Shown: positions 1-18,228, numbered from the stretch's first letter. The stretch: 64,000 bases of DNA from an uncultured Crenothrix sp. (GCA_964450225.1 CAYVFT010000002.1:4044-68043); one strand, 5' to 3'. Program-made: numbers and translations. Notes: generated from the sequence alone by a model not told the origin.

Positions 1-8146
<8,146 letters not shown>

Positions 8147-8203
8147 AGCCTATGGCACATCGCCTGCACTTCGAATTAACCTGTTTATCTGGAGTCGCTT
8201 CCA

Positions 8204-9406
8204 GTGAATTTATTTCTACTGGCGAGCGTAGTATTGATCCTGTTATCCTCAATCGGAGTCGTTGCTGCCTCTTCTTTTGTGTATGGCTTACACTTGCCCA
8301 AAAGTGGCCATAAGGGACGTGTCACCCTGATTCTCCCAATCTCGGGTGCTTGCCCATATCTTCCCCAACTAATAGCAAACCTTAATGCTCAAAGTCTGCA
8401 ACCGCATAGACTGATCATCACGGTGGAAAGCAAGCAGGACCCGGCATATCTTTGCGCGCAAAAAGCAATGGGCAACGCTAAATTTTCTGTGGACTTGGCA
8501 ATAGCCGGACTCGCAAACAAGTGCGCTCAAAAGTGCTGGAACCAGATTGCAGCAATACACCAACTAGATGAACACGACGACGCGATCATTCTTATGGATG
8601 GCGACATCGAACCACCTCCATGGTGGTTATCGGTGTTGGTTTCTCCGTTATTGGCTGGCAAGGCCGATGTGGTAACCGGCTATCGCTGGCACCGCACTAC
8701 GCGTCTTGCTCCTGCACAGCATCTGATTGCCTCCATTGACCGTGGCATCGCCATGCTTCCCTCTTTGCGCTGCGCGAATCTAACCTGGGGCGGTTCATTA
8801 GCGCTCTCCCCTTCGGCGCTGGCAACTTTGAACCTTCCGCTACTATTATCCCGAGTGCTTTCGGATGACTGCACGATTGGCGCTCAAGCTGCTGCGCTCG
8901 GCCTGCGCGTGCTAACCCGTAAACTGTTGCGAGTACCAACACCGCCACATAAAAATATCGCTTCAGCATGGAACTTCGGCCGGCGCCAGTACCAGATAAT
9001 ACATATCTATCGGCCTGGCCTCTGGGCCTTGGCCTTGGGTATCCTTTCTATTCGACTGCTAGCCTGGGGTATTATACTTGCAAACCTTGCTGACAAGGCT
9101 ACAGACACATCGTTTGTGCTGGTCGCTCTAATCTGCCTAAATTTAACAACTGTTGCGCTACAGCAGCAAGCCGCTGGCCGGCTGGGATTACACGACGATC
9201 TGCCTTGTTGTCTTGGCCAAATAGTTTGCGCCTTGCTCAGACCGTTAATCGACTTGTTCCATTGGACTCTTGTTGTTACCGCCTGGCGTTCAAAAAACTT
9301 GCATTGGGGACACGTGAATTACCGGATTCATGGGCAAAATTGCATTCAAATAGCTAACCGCATCTCTTGGACTACTTTAGAGAGTAATAATGACAGATAC
9401 CAATGA
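8204..9406 (+). CDS. Membrane glycosyltransferase, GT2/GT21-like (ceramide glucosyltransferase / HpnI-like)
   Basis: GTG start with GGAG about 10 nt upstream. It has an N-terminal TM helix, Asp-containing motifs (ILMDGDIEP, LSDDCTIG), an RRQYQ segment where the (Q/R)xxRW motif sits in GT21 enzymes, and C-terminal TM helices. Family assignment is by pattern only. Confidence 0.5.
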   Translation: MNLFLLASVVLILLSSIGVVAASSFVYGLHLPKSGHKGRVTLILPISGACPYLPQLIANLNAQSLQPHRLIITVESKQDPAYLCAQKAMGNAKFSVDLAIAGLANKCAQKCWNQIAAIHQLDEHDDAIILMDGDIEPPPWWLSVLVSPLLAGKADVVTGYRWHRTTRLAPAQHLIASIDRGIAMLPSLRCANLTWGGSLALSPSALATLNLPLLLSRVLSDDCTIGAQAAALGLRVLTRKLLRVPTPPHKNIASAWNFGRRQYQIIHIYRPGLWALALGILSIRLLAWGIILANLADKATDTSFVLVALICLNLTTVALQQQAAGRLGLHDDLPCCLGQIVCALLRPLIDLFHWTLVVTAWRSKNLHWGHVNYRIHGQNCIQIANRISWTTLESNNDRYQ

Positions 9407-10373
9407 TATACCACACATCAATAAATCGGATACAGTTGCAGCATTGCCACCCTGCCCCATCACTGGACGGCCGGCGAAGCGTCACGTTCAGAGCTTTTCG
9501 CTGGAACTGCTGAATGAGCTCTGGAAGGCAGCAGGCGCTGGCTATGTAGCACACCTTTTTCCCGCTATCCGCACTATCAAGTTATACGAATCGGACACGG
9601 GCCTGTACTTCTTCGAACCCCTCATCGCCGGGGATGAATTGTTTTACCAGCGTTTTTATTCGCTACATAACGTTTACAAATTGATGCGCCCGCATCGCTC
9701 TATAGGATCTGAATTCCAGTGCGCTGCTGCGCATGTTCCCGACGATGCACGTGTACTTGATGTCGGCTGTGGCAATGGAGATTTCAGCGAATTTGTACAG
9801 CATGCCCGCTACTGCGGACTCGACCCCTACGCCGGACCGGACGCCTCCGATAAGGTGCTCCGAGAAACAGTCGAGCAGCATTTGAAATCCGCTCGAGGCC
9901 GCTATGATGTGGTTACCGCGTTCCAGGTGATCGAACATGTCCCCAATCCACGCGCTTTTGCCGAACAACTCACTGCTCTCCTTCGACCTGGCGGAATTCT
10001 GATTCTCGGCGCGCCACTTCACCCCTCACCACTTACCGAGATTCCAAACTTCCTGATAAATGCGCCACCCCACCATCTGACATGGTGGAACATACCTGCA
10101 TTCGAGGCACTTGTCAGCAGCCTAGGACTCACCCCAGTCGAGATTTCCGTACTTCCCTACTCTCCACACGAAACCTTCGTTTACTGGATGCATCGATTTT
10201 CGTTTGTACACACAACAACCTCGCCACAAGAACGATACTTCGGGCATCGCTGGGCATGGCATCTCAACCTTGCATCAAGTTATCTGCTTGCACGCCTCGC
10301 CGCTCGCTGGTTTCCACTGCCGAAGACAGGCCTCTCCTGTAACGTTATGTTGATCGCCCGCAAACCCGAATGA
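9390..10373 (+). CDS. Class I SAM-dependent methyltransferase
   Basis: Motif I VLDVGCGNGDF, an acidic residue after beta-2 (YCGLDP), and LRPGGILILG. It overlaps the GT stop by 17 nt, indicating one operon. Confidence 0.7.
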   Translation: MTDTNDIPHINKSDTVAALPPCPITGRPAKRHVQSFSLELLNELWKAAGAGYVAHLFPAIRTIKLYESDTGLYFFEPLIAGDELFYQRFYSLHNVYKLMRPHRSIGSEFQCAAAHVPDDARVLDVGCGNGDFSEFVQHARYCGLDPYAGPDASDKVLRETVEQHLKSARGRYDVVTAFQVIEHVPNPRAFAEQLTALLRPGGILILGAPLHPSPLTEIPNFLINAPPHHLTWWNIPAFEALVSSLGLTPVEISVLPYSPHETFVYWMHRFSFVHTTTSPQERYFGHRWAWHLNLASSYLLARLAARWFPLPKTGLSCNVMLIARKPE

Positions 10374-10404
10374 TTCAGCCAAACATTAAAATACAATAAT
10401 GAAT

Positions 10405-11931
10405 CTATAGATAGCCCATCCGGCGCAGCAGTTCACCGCCAAGCTCTTCGACCTTATTATCTACCGCTGTACCAGTACCGACTGGTTGCCCGGAGCGCCA
10501 TAGCACATAGTCGGTTGTACCGTCGGGCGCGCCGAGCTGTCGGTACACTTCGGGCATAATTGGCACATGATCACCGAACATGCATAGCCAGGCCTCGGGG
10601 AACAGGTTCAAGCGTGCACGCAATCGGCCTATCATCCGATCGGCATTGGCGACATGGCTCAGATAGGTAGTGAGATCCTCACATCCAAATGGCGGAGCAG
10701 AGTCGTGAAAGCATGCTACCTCATCCTTCGGAATGCGCTCCAAATCCAGCGGTCCATGATTTTCCATCGTAATAACAAACACGAACAAGGGTACGTTGGC
10801 ATCTCCATCAAGCAGGTTACACACCAGTTCTGCAACGGCTTCATCGCCAATATACAATCCGCAGCGTGGCGCTCCCTGGAAACCGGCAATGTCAATAAAC
10901 TCATCAAAACCAAGCTCTGGAAACACCACATCACGCGAATAAAAACTTGCCGGATACGGGTGCACGCAAACAGTACGGTAGCCCATTTTTTTCAGAAAAC
11001 TCGCCAACGTCGGTACCCCCCGCTTGGCGAAACTGCGATAAGGATTAAACCTATGTACACCAAGTGCGTTTGTCGCTAGTCCCGACAAAAAAGCAAACTC
11101 AGTACGAACAGTATTCGCACCCCACGCAGGTACCTCGAGACTTCCATGAGACATCGCTTCAGCGCGCAGATCATCAAACTGTTGCAGTACCTCTTTGCGA
11201 ATACCCGCATACTTGCGACGCGGGTCGAAGAAGGACTCACTTTGCACCACTACCAACGGTGGTAGCGGGCGATCAACTGCTTGGGCTGACGACATGAAAA
11301 GTGAATCAGGCAGAGGCTCGTTGCGGCTTCGGCGCTCCATTACGCCGTAATGCCAAAGGCTTGTCGCCAATCCGAGTCGAACCAGATCATCCCCCGGATT
11401 CCATGTAAGGCTTGGCTGTACAAATCCTCCTAACCACAAAAGCAGCGCACCAATTAAGGCCAGCAATCCTGTACCAACAATAAACGCGCCCGCAGATACA
11501 GCGTGTAGCGAGGAAGATTCGAAAATTAACGCTGCCCAGATCGACAATCCGAAGGCTATGGCTGCCAACAACGCTCGGGCAAATCCAAGAAACGGGATGT
11601 AGAGCCAGGGATGACGAATGACATCAATAAAATAGTCGAAGTCTTGAACGATGAAAGGTTCTCGCAAGGTGTCATATTTGATACGGCTTACCACGATGAT
11701 AAGCAGTTCCAGCGCCAGTACATTGATCGCGGCAAATACAGGACGGCGCCACAGCAAAAGCTCCGCAGCAAACAACACCAACCAAAGACCAAAATGGATC
11801 GCACCTGCACTCCAGCCGCGCTTCCAAACCCATTGCGGCTGCGGTAACAACAGCATTTCTGCCAACAGCGAGCAAACCGCACCCACTGCCAAAGGCAACC
11901 AGACTGAAGACCAGAAAACGCTATCCACCAT
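10405..11931 (-). CDS. Membrane-anchored sulfatase/alkaline-phosphatase-superfamily transferase (LtaS/MdoB-like head-group transferase)
   Basis: The N-terminal ~170 aa contains several hydrophobic TM segments. The C-terminal domain carries VVVQSESFFDP, TMENHGP and FGDHVP, motifs typical of LTA-synthase/phosphoglycerol-transferase-type enzymes. Confidence 0.6.
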   Translation of the reverse strand: MVDSVFWSSVWLPLAVGAVCSLLAEMLLLPQPQWVWKRGWSAGAIHFGLWLVLFAAELLLWRRPVFAAINVLALELLIIVVSRIKYDTLREPFIVQDFDYFIDVIRHPWLYIPFLGFARALLAAIAFGLSIWAALIFESSSLHAVSAGAFIVGTGLLALIGALLLWLGGFVQPSLTWNPGDDLVRLGLATSLWHYGVMERRSRNEPLPDSLFMSSAQAVDRPLPPLVVVQSESFFDPRRKYAGIRKEVLQQFDDLRAEAMSHGSLEVPAWGANTVRTEFAFLSGLATNALGVHRFNPYRSFAKRGVPTLASFLKKMGYRTVCVHPYPASFYSRDVVFPELGFDEFIDIAGFQGAPRCGLYIGDEAVAELVCNLLDGDANVPLFVFVITMENHGPLDLERIPKDEVACFHDSAPPFGCEDLTTYLSHVANADRMIGRLRARLNLFPEAWLCMFGDHVPIMPEVYRQLGAPDGTTDYVLWRSGQPVGTGTAVDNKVEELGGELLRRMGYL

Positions 11932-12697
11932 AGTTCATCAGACGTAGAATCCGCTCCGAAATACCGGGATGTAGCACGGATAAAAACCAAGTCCCTAGAT
12001 TCAGCGGAAACGGGAAACTGATCCGCGGCTGATCACGTTCCAGGCCACGCTTTATAGATCGGGCCGCCTTTTCCGCAGACCACAAAAAAGGCTTCGGCCC
12101 AGGCATATCACGGCACATTTGTGACTCAACATAGCCAGGCATCACTACATTGACACGGATGCCCTTCGGATTTAGCCAGCCTCGCAGCGCCTCACCATAT
12201 GCCTTTAATGCCGCTTTGCTGGCGCAATAGCTAGGGGTGACCGGCAATCCAAAATAGGCGGCCAGTGAACTTATCAACGCAATCTGACCATCTCCACGTG
12301 CACGCATTGAAGGGAGAACAGCATCAACTGTTGCCATCGCCGCCAGCACATTGATCTCAATCAATGCTTGAATATCCTCCCAGCGTTCACCCGCACCCTC
12401 CGGACCTATGTTCGTATTTACACCTGCATTCACAATCACCAGATCCAGTTTCTCCTGTTGACATATCTCTTGCAGCCATACCGAGAGTTCATAACGGTTA
12501 CGCACGTCCAGCACGCGAGTCACTACCCTTGAGCCCCGTGCCTCGCACATAGTCGCCAGCTCCGCCAGGCGATCTGCATTGCGACCCTGGAGAATCAGGA
12601 CATTACCCGGCTCGGCATACACTTCAGTCAGAGCGGCCCCGATGCCGCCAGTTGCACCTGTAATTAACACTGTGCGGGAAGACGCTGATTTTGTCAT
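11921..12697 (-). CDS. Short-chain dehydrogenase/reductase (SDR)
   Basis: TGATGGIGAAL Rossmann motif, NAG, and the YCASKAAL catalytic YxxxK. The start was moved to the ATG at 12695-12697 (MTKSASSRTVLITGATGG), which overlaps the upstream TGA as ATGA. The track ORF start at 12778 adds 27 unlikely residues. Confidence 0.85.
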   Translation of the reverse strand: MTKSASSRTVLITGATGGIGAALTEVYAEPGNVLILQGRNADRLAELATMCEARGSRVVTRVLDVRNRYELSVWLQEICQQEKLDLVIVNAGVNTNIGPEGAGERWEDIQALIEINVLAAMATVDAVLPSMRARGDGQIALISSLAAYFGLPVTPSYCASKAALKAYGEALRGWLNPKGIRVNVVMPGYVESQMCRDMPGPKPFLWSAEKAARSIKRGLERDQPRISFPFPLNLGTWFLSVLHPGISERILRLMNYGG

Positions 12698-13920
12698 AGC
12701 AACTTCTCCAGCGGCGAGTATTCCGGTTCCAGCATGCGAAGACTGTTCTGCACTGCCAATTCTATCCCCTTGCGACAATAAAAACCCCCATTAACCTGTG
12801 TGGTATGAATTACCGTATTACGAAAACGCCGAAACAACTCCGCATCTGGAGAAGGGCGCTCTCGCCAGAAATCGTCAAGACTGCCCTGGAAAGTCAGACC
12901 GGGCAAATTGTAGATCGGATCGCTCAAGGCAATGGTAGGACAGTTCAGCCCTAACGAAAGTCCTCCCACCGTACTGTTAACCGTAACCGTCCCCCGCGCG
13001 CTCCTTAGCAAGACGCCCAAGTCCCCTGTCTCCATATAATCCACGCGACCTGCCAAAGCAAAGCGATCCGCTAACTCACGAATAAATTTCGGATAATTCA
13101 TCAACCCTATATCAAGCGGATGATTCTTGATCACAAGCTTGGCCTCCACCGGTGCATGTCGCGCAAAAGACTCTAATACAAACTCCATCACCCCAACCAT
13201 ATCATCAAAGCGGGAATGATCGCGAATCTGGGCATCACTTCCCAACTGAAGCGGTAAAATAAAAAAATGAGTAGAAGTTCGAATCAACTTATTTATCAAA
13301 TCGTTGTCTCGCGGCTTGTGAAAACGCAGCATAGGTAACCGGCAAGCATAACCGAAATACTCAACGCACGCATTCACTGACGCATGGGTATGATAGTGCG
13401 GGAAGAACAGCGGGTTCCAGAAACCCGCCATGTGATAGGCTACATCATGAGCCGCGCGAATTTCAAAAGACGATTGGAAAGGCTGTCCATCCCCATAATC
13501 TGGCAAACGTGCACCAACATCCCAGAACCAGTCCGGATCACGAGGCAGCAATGAGTGTCCGTTAACACCTTCCCGTTCCAAAGTCACCCAATAGGGGCGA
13601 AAGTAGCCTTCCTCAAAAACATGGGTACGAACCCCACACACTTCTCCGTGGTTCACTGCTGGACGGTGAACCGGACGACGGTCGCCAAACAAAATCTGGT
13701 CTGTAATTCCAAATTTACGGTACTTGTCATCAAGAAAATCCAGTACCCCGGAAACATGCCCACGATAATTCCAGGCACTTCTTCCGCCCCAATACAGCCA
13801 ATCTCCCGCATTAAAATTAACCTTGAAGACCCGGTGGCCATCAGCTTTAAGTCGATCCGCCAAACGCGCAAAAAAAGGCGAGCAAACCCCTTGTAAAAAT
13901 AAAAAGGAGCGCCGACTCAT
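12694..13920 (-). CDS. kpsS: KpsS-like capsule-type beta-Kdo transferase (Capsule_synth family)
   Basis: The protein can be aligned by eye along its length to E. coli KpsS: FLFLQG..PFF, FEEGYFRP, LPRDPDW, LQLGSDAQIRDHS, IKNHPLD, TVNSTVG, GLTFQG, FW. The start was set at ATG 13918-13920, which overlaps the kpsC-like TGA as ATGA. Confidence 0.78.
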   Translation of the reverse strand: MSRRSFLFLQGVCSPFFARLADRLKADGHRVFKVNFNAGDWLYWGGRSAWNYRGHVSGVLDFLDDKYRKFGITDQILFGDRRPVHRPAVNHGEVCGVRTHVFEEGYFRPYWVTLEREGVNGHSLLPRDPDWFWDVGARLPDYGDGQPFQSSFEIRAAHDVAYHMAGFWNPLFFPHYHTHASVNACVEYFGYACRLPMLRFHKPRDNDLINKLIRTSTHFFILPLQLGSDAQIRDHSRFDDMVGVMEFVLESFARHAPVEAKLVIKNHPLDIGLMNYPKFIRELADRFALAGRVDYMETGDLGVLLRSARGTVTVNSTVGGLSLGLNCPTIALSDPIYNLPGLTFQGSLDDFWRERPSPDAELFRRFRNTVIHTTQVNGGFYCRKGIELAVQNSLRMLEPEYSPLEKLL

Positions 13921-14960
13921 CGAACCCCCACGACACGGCGCAATACCATTCTGAAGATTTCCCGCCACCAGGGTTCAGCTCCCCCCGACTTGACCCGCCA
14001 GGCCAGAAGTTCATCCAGCGCCTGCTCTGGTGTAATCAACGCATCACTATAACGGCTCAGGTAAATGGGATACTCAATCAGCACCCCTGCCACCAGTTCG
14101 TCAAGCAATAACCGTCTGGTCCTCCGTAAATTAGGAGCAACATCTAACGTGAGTCCCCAGCCTGAATAAAAAGGTTGACCATAACATGTCACAGATTTGC
14201 CACGCAACAATGCCTCAAATCCGGCCAATGAGGTCAGCACATGAACTTCATCCACGGCCATGAGCAAATCCCCCATGACAGTATCCGTCACCAGCTCATC
14301 ACACCAGTACCGTGCCTTATCCTCCCCTGCCCCTTTGGCTCTCAATCTTGCCATCACATCAGGATGAGGTTTGTAAACGATATAAGCATCCGGATTAGCC
14401 TGACGAACAGCCTGCAATAACCCGACATTCGAACGAATCTTCGGTGCACCATAGAGCAGCGAAGCATCGCTCTCGACCTGGCCGGGTACCAGAATAACTT
14501 TTCCCACGCCATATGGACGTTGCCAGACAGAAATACCGACGTTGTACTTGGTGACCCCCTCGGCAACGATACGTTTCCGTAGCAAAGTGGCGCGTCGTAT
14601 CATAGCTGGATCGAACGCTGTATCAGCCAGCAAATGCTCAAGATCAGAAGGTCGGGTTGCGTCATAATATATGCCTCGACTATCCACCACCCAAGACATG
14701 GGCCGGATCAGATCGCAACCCAAGCCAACAGATCGCAAAAAACCATCCTCCACCCGCAATATCTTCACATCTTTGGCTAACTCGCCATTCACTGGCTTCA
14801 TACCCCAGACTAACAACACCCCACCCTCAGGAGCTTCGGCAGCGCTGGTTATGAACACGACTCGTACACCAGGAAAGCACTGGCGCACAGCCGATCTTTT
14901 CCAAGTGGAAAAATCAAGCGCATAAATCACTGATGCACAAAACAGACTAGCATGCCGCAA
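13917..14960 (-). CDS. kpsC: KpsC-like beta-Kdo transferase, single-domain (half-size) form
   Basis: LRVEDGFLRSVGLG, PGQVESDASLLYG, YKPHPDV, LTSLAGFEALLRGK, GQPFYSGWGLT. At 347 aa it has one Capsule_synth module, whereas classical KpsC has two. Confidence 0.7.
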   Translation of the reverse strand: MRHASLFCASVIYALDFSTWKRSAVRQCFPGVRVVFITSAAEAPEGGVLLVWGMKPVNGELAKDVKILRVEDGFLRSVGLGCDLIRPMSWVVDSRGIYYDATRPSDLEHLLADTAFDPAMIRRATLLRKRIVAEGVTKYNVGISVWQRPYGVGKVILVPGQVESDASLLYGAPKIRSNVGLLQAVRQANPDAYIVYKPHPDVMARLRAKGAGEDKARYWCDELVTDTVMGDLLMAVDEVHVLTSLAGFEALLRGKSVTCYGQPFYSGWGLTLDVAPNLRRTRRLLLDELVAGVLIEYPIYLSRYSDALITPEQALDELLAWRVKSGGAEPWWREIFRMVLRRVVGVR

Positions 14961-15117
14961 AACTCAACCACTACAAAAATACTTGAAAACAGAAAGGGTA
15001 AGAGTTTGCCACTGAACCTGGATAACTCGACGGCAAGAATAGAAACACGTAGGTTCAATTTTTCTCTCATTTTCGAGATAACTATCGCTCCACTAAGGGA
15101 ACCTCAATTTAATTTTA

Positions 15118-15846
15118 TCATAGCGAGGTGCATGGAGACGAAACAATCTGATTAATAACGGAGAATTTTTTATCCGCTACCAAGGCGCTGCAAACTCCCT
15201 CCTCCAACTCAAAGTCCAAAACATGCCATGCCGAAGGCGTCCCACATTTTGCAGGAATCCTTAAAAATTCTGCCGGATTTTCAGGGTTAATGACACACTG
15301 ATTTAATCCTAAAGCAATGCCATAACCTGTGGCTTTTACAAAGGCTTCTTTCTTTGTCCAGGTGCGGTAAAACGCCTGGTTTTTTTGGGTTTCCGGTAAC
15401 TGAATCCAGTAAGTGGCTTCTTCTTTAGAAAAACTTTTATTAACCAATCCAGATAAATTACTTCTTTGCCCACAAATCTCAACATCAACCCCCAGCCGAC
15501 AATTCCAACCCATGGCAATCATCCACCTGTCTGCTGAGTGAGATAAATTGAATGCCAACTCGGGATAATCAGCCAGATAGGGTTTACCATGTTCGGCTTT
15601 TTTTATCCTTATCTTTTCCGGCGACTGATTAAGCACTTGAGCCAACAGGTTCCTTAATCGTCCATGTATTTCTACATAGCGTTGGTGTAACAATGCATTT
15701 TTAAATTTTCCTGCCTGAGTTTGCTCGGCTTCGTCCAGAACACCCCAGTAAGCTTGATAATGCGTGTTCTCGCCGGTTATCTTGCCGTGCCATATTTCTA
15801 CTTCATTAACGCCCAACAACCGCCCTGCCCTCACCTCGTCTGTCAC
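15118..15846 (-). CDS. 4'-phosphopantetheinyl transferase, Sfp type
   Basis: GKPYL...FNLSHS, GVDVE, and WTKKEAFVKATG motifs. Confidence 0.85.
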   Translation of the reverse strand: MTDEVRAGRLLGVNEVEIWHGKITGENTHYQAYWGVLDEAEQTQAGKFKNALLHQRYVEIHGRLRNLLAQVLNQSPEKIRIKKAEHGKPYLADYPELAFNLSHSADRWMIAMGWNCRLGVDVEICGQRSNLSGLVNKSFSKEEATYWIQLPETQKNQAFYRTWTKKEAFVKATGYGIALGLNQCVINPENPAEFLRIPAKCGTPSAWHVLDFELEEGVCSALVADKKFSVINQIVSSPCTSL

Positions 15847-17479
15847 TGGCTGCTTCCAATGTCTTTACCCTTTTATTTAACAACACAGCCTGCATATCGC
15901 CATAGGGGTAGCGCGCTTGTTTCAGTTGATGCCCCATCTCGGCAAGTCCCTTAAGCTCGGAATCGGTCATTGCGCCTTTTTCATATTCGATCACATCGGG
16001 CATAAATTGATGATGGAAACGCGGCACTTGCACCCATGAATTAGGGCCATTGCCTTTGGCGAAATCCAGTGCTGCCAACAACACCATAGAAATAATACGA
16101 CTGCCGCCCGGTGTGCCCAGTACAGCAACACTGCTATCGTTTTCAAGAAAAGTAGGCGTCATGCTGGACAGCATACGTTTTCCGGGAGCAATGGCATTGG
16201 CAACGCCGCCAATCAGTCCGTAACCATTCATAGTACCCGGAAGACTGGCAAAATCATCCATTTCATCATTCAATAGCACACCTGTTCCTGGAGCAACAAA
16301 ACCTGAACCAAACGGAAAATTAATGCTGAGAGTTGCGGCAACCCGGTTGCCTTCATCATCAATAATTGAGAAATGGGTAGTATTGGTGCCTTCCGGTTGT
16401 TGCTCTATTTCACCTGACAGCATGTTGCTGGGCAAGGCTTTATCAGTCCGGATACTGCTGCGCAATCCCGCTGCGTAATCTTCACTCAACAAGCGTTTAA
16501 CGGGGATGTCAATAAAATCTGCATCACCCAGATATAAAGTACGATCGTGATAAGCGCGGCGCATTGCTTCAGTTACCAGATGTTTACGGGTAATCTCATC
16601 CGCTTTTTGCAAATCGTAACCCGATAAAACATTCAATGCTTCAATCAAAACAATGCCGCCGGATGATGACGGCGCCGCGCTGGTGATTTTTATACCGTTG
16701 TATTGGCCTCTAACCGGTTCCCGCTCGACAACCTGATAAGACTCAAGATCTTCTTCTGTCCAGATGCCGCCTGCTTTTTTGACACCCTTCACCAGTTTAT
16801 GGGCTATGTCTCCACTATAAAATCCGTCCCGACCTGATTCAGCCAGGTGTGTCAATGTCTTGGCCAAATCGGGTTGCCTGAGTATTGAATAGAGTTTGGG
16901 CAGCTTGCCGTCATTGAGAAATATCCCGGCTGTCGCCGGGTATTTATTGATCAACCCGGATCTGAATTTCAGTAACTTCAGGTAACGCTCGCCAATCGCA
17001 TAACCTGTCTGTGCATACCGGATTGCCGGCGCCAAACTTACGGCAAGCGGCAACTTCCCATATTTTTCTGCTAGATGCACCAATCCCGCAGGCATTCCAG
17101 GAATTGCAGCGGCTAAAGCGCCATCGAGGGATAATTTTGCAATTACCTTCCCTTCTTTATCCAGATACATATCCTTGTGAGCCGCCATGGGCGCTTTCTC
17201 TCGGCCATCAATAAGGGTCTCAAAACCGTCTTTTTCCCTGTGTAGCAACCAGTAACCGCCACCGCCCAATCCTGAGCCGGATGGCTCAACAACCGCCAAA
17301 GCCGCGCTAACCGCAACGGCCGCATCAAACACATTGCCGCCTTTATCCAGAATTTCAAATCCCGCAGCCGTTGCCAATGGATGCGCGCTGGCAATCGCCA
17401 CTTTATGCCCGTCCGCATAAACCTGCGACCCCCAGAAAAAAGCCATTAAAATAATGGCTGTATAACATTTATTTAACAT
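15806..17479 (-). CDS. ggt: Gamma-glutamyltransferase (periplasmic, with signal peptide)
   Basis: N-terminal signal-like MLNKCYTAIILMAFFWGSQVYA. The TTHFSIID autoprocessing/nucleophile Thr motif and GGSRI, both typical of GGT. The gene overlaps the PPTase start by 41 nt. Confidence 0.9.
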   Translation of the reverse strand: MLNKCYTAIILMAFFWGSQVYADGHKVAIASAHPLATAAGFEILDKGGNVFDAAVAVSAALAVVEPSGSGLGGGGYWLLHREKDGFETLIDGREKAPMAAHKDMYLDKEGKVIAKLSLDGALAAAIPGMPAGLVHLAEKYGKLPLAVSLAPAIRYAQTGYAIGERYLKLLKFRSGLINKYPATAGIFLNDGKLPKLYSILRQPDLAKTLTHLAESGRDGFYSGDIAHKLVKGVKKAGGIWTEEDLESYQVVEREPVRGQYNGIKITSAAPSSSGGIVLIEALNVLSGYDLQKADEITRKHLVTEAMRRAYHDRTLYLGDADFIDIPVKRLLSEDYAAGLRSSIRTDKALPSNMLSGEIEQQPEGTNTTHFSIIDDEGNRVAATLSINFPFGSGFVAPGTGVLLNDEMDDFASLPGTMNGYGLIGGVANAIAPGKRMLSSMTPTFLENDSSVAVLGTPGGSRIISMVLLAALDFAKGNGPNSWVQVPRFHHQFMPDVIEYEKGAMTDSELKGLAEMGHQLKQARYPYGDMQAVLLNKRVKTLEAASDRRGEGRAVVGR

Positions 17480-17650
17480 TTTTTACCTGATTGACAGTGG
17501 GCGAATAAACCTGGAAAACGATGATAGGAAGCAGAGCAAGATCGGACATGGGGTAATTCTTAAATTTTGGCAAGAAGGCCGAGTTTTCCATGGAAAACAT
17601 TCGTCAAATAGCAGCATCTTGTGTTGACGATGAGTTGATGCCGTTCGCAA

Positions 17651-17800
17651 TCAGCTGTATAGCTTACGAGGTTGAATATCCTTTATGGTCTGATAGTCAA
17701 AATCCTCCAGGATTTCTTCCGCCGTCAGGCCGAGGGCAAGATGTTCAAGCACATCGTAAAAGTAATCCGCAACCAACGGATACAAGGCTTGCTGCCCTGC
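17651..17800 (-). pseudogene. Possible remnant of a DUF433-type antitoxin-like gene (C-terminal half only)
   Basis: Hand translation of the minus strand gives ...YPLVADYFYDVLEHLALGLTAEEILEDFDYQTIKDIQPRKLYS*. This resembles the DUF433 C-terminal helix-turn-helix (LA.G.s.EEIL.dYP.L..eDI). There is no ATG, and stop codons lie immediately upstream. 34 nt downstream, an ATG at 17615-17617 opens MLLFDECFP..., reminiscent of DUF5615 N-termini but apparently frameshifted. Confidence 0.3.
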
Positions 17801-18228
17801 TTATCAGGTTCAAATAGTAAAAATGTCTTTAAAATTCATGGTGATTTCTCTCATGGGCACACTTTTAGTTTTGGTAATAGTTCTGGGCTTCGCCTTGCAC
17901 TGTAAATAAATCTCTGAATAAAATTACTTGCACCGCTTGCCGGTGGTCAACACGTACAAAAAAACCGTGTTACTGGCCTAAATTTTTACGACATGGCATC
18001 TGTGTAGTCCATACAATTTTTCAATCCTCACCCAATCAAGATATAAATTAGCTTCACTGGTTTTGGGATTCTGGATTAAAAAACAATTTGATTTACTATA
18101 ACGGTAATCCATCTGCTCTTCAACATTTCAGTTCAAGGCAATATCATACGCCAATAAATCATTGCTTTTTATGATCCCCAAAAATTTCGGAGTAAAATGA
18201 AGCGTTTGATTATTAATTACAACAAATA

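Noticed and set aside
11921-13968. The longer N-terminal extensions given by the ORF track for the SDR (start 12778) and the KpsS-like gene (start 13968).
   Set aside because: The internal ATGs at 12697 and 13920 give N-termini matching the family consensus (MTKSASSRTVLITGATGG; MSRRSFLFLQG). They also form ATGA overlaps with the upstream stop codons. The extensions would overlap the preceding genes by 85 and 52 nt.
15806-17479. Gamma-glutamyltransferase as a functional member of the lipid pathway.
   Set aside because: It is operon-adjacent and overlaps the PPTase start, but no established chemistry links GGT to PKS/AOS/Kdo lipid assembly. I treat it as possibly co-transcribed but functionally unassigned.
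17590-17905. Plus-strand ORFs 17590-17817 (75 aa) and 17672-17905 (77 aa) in the ggt/tolC intergenic region.
   Set aside because: They show no RBS and no recognisable family. The region is better explained by the degraded minus-strand DUF433/DUF5615-like remnant and by divergent promoters.
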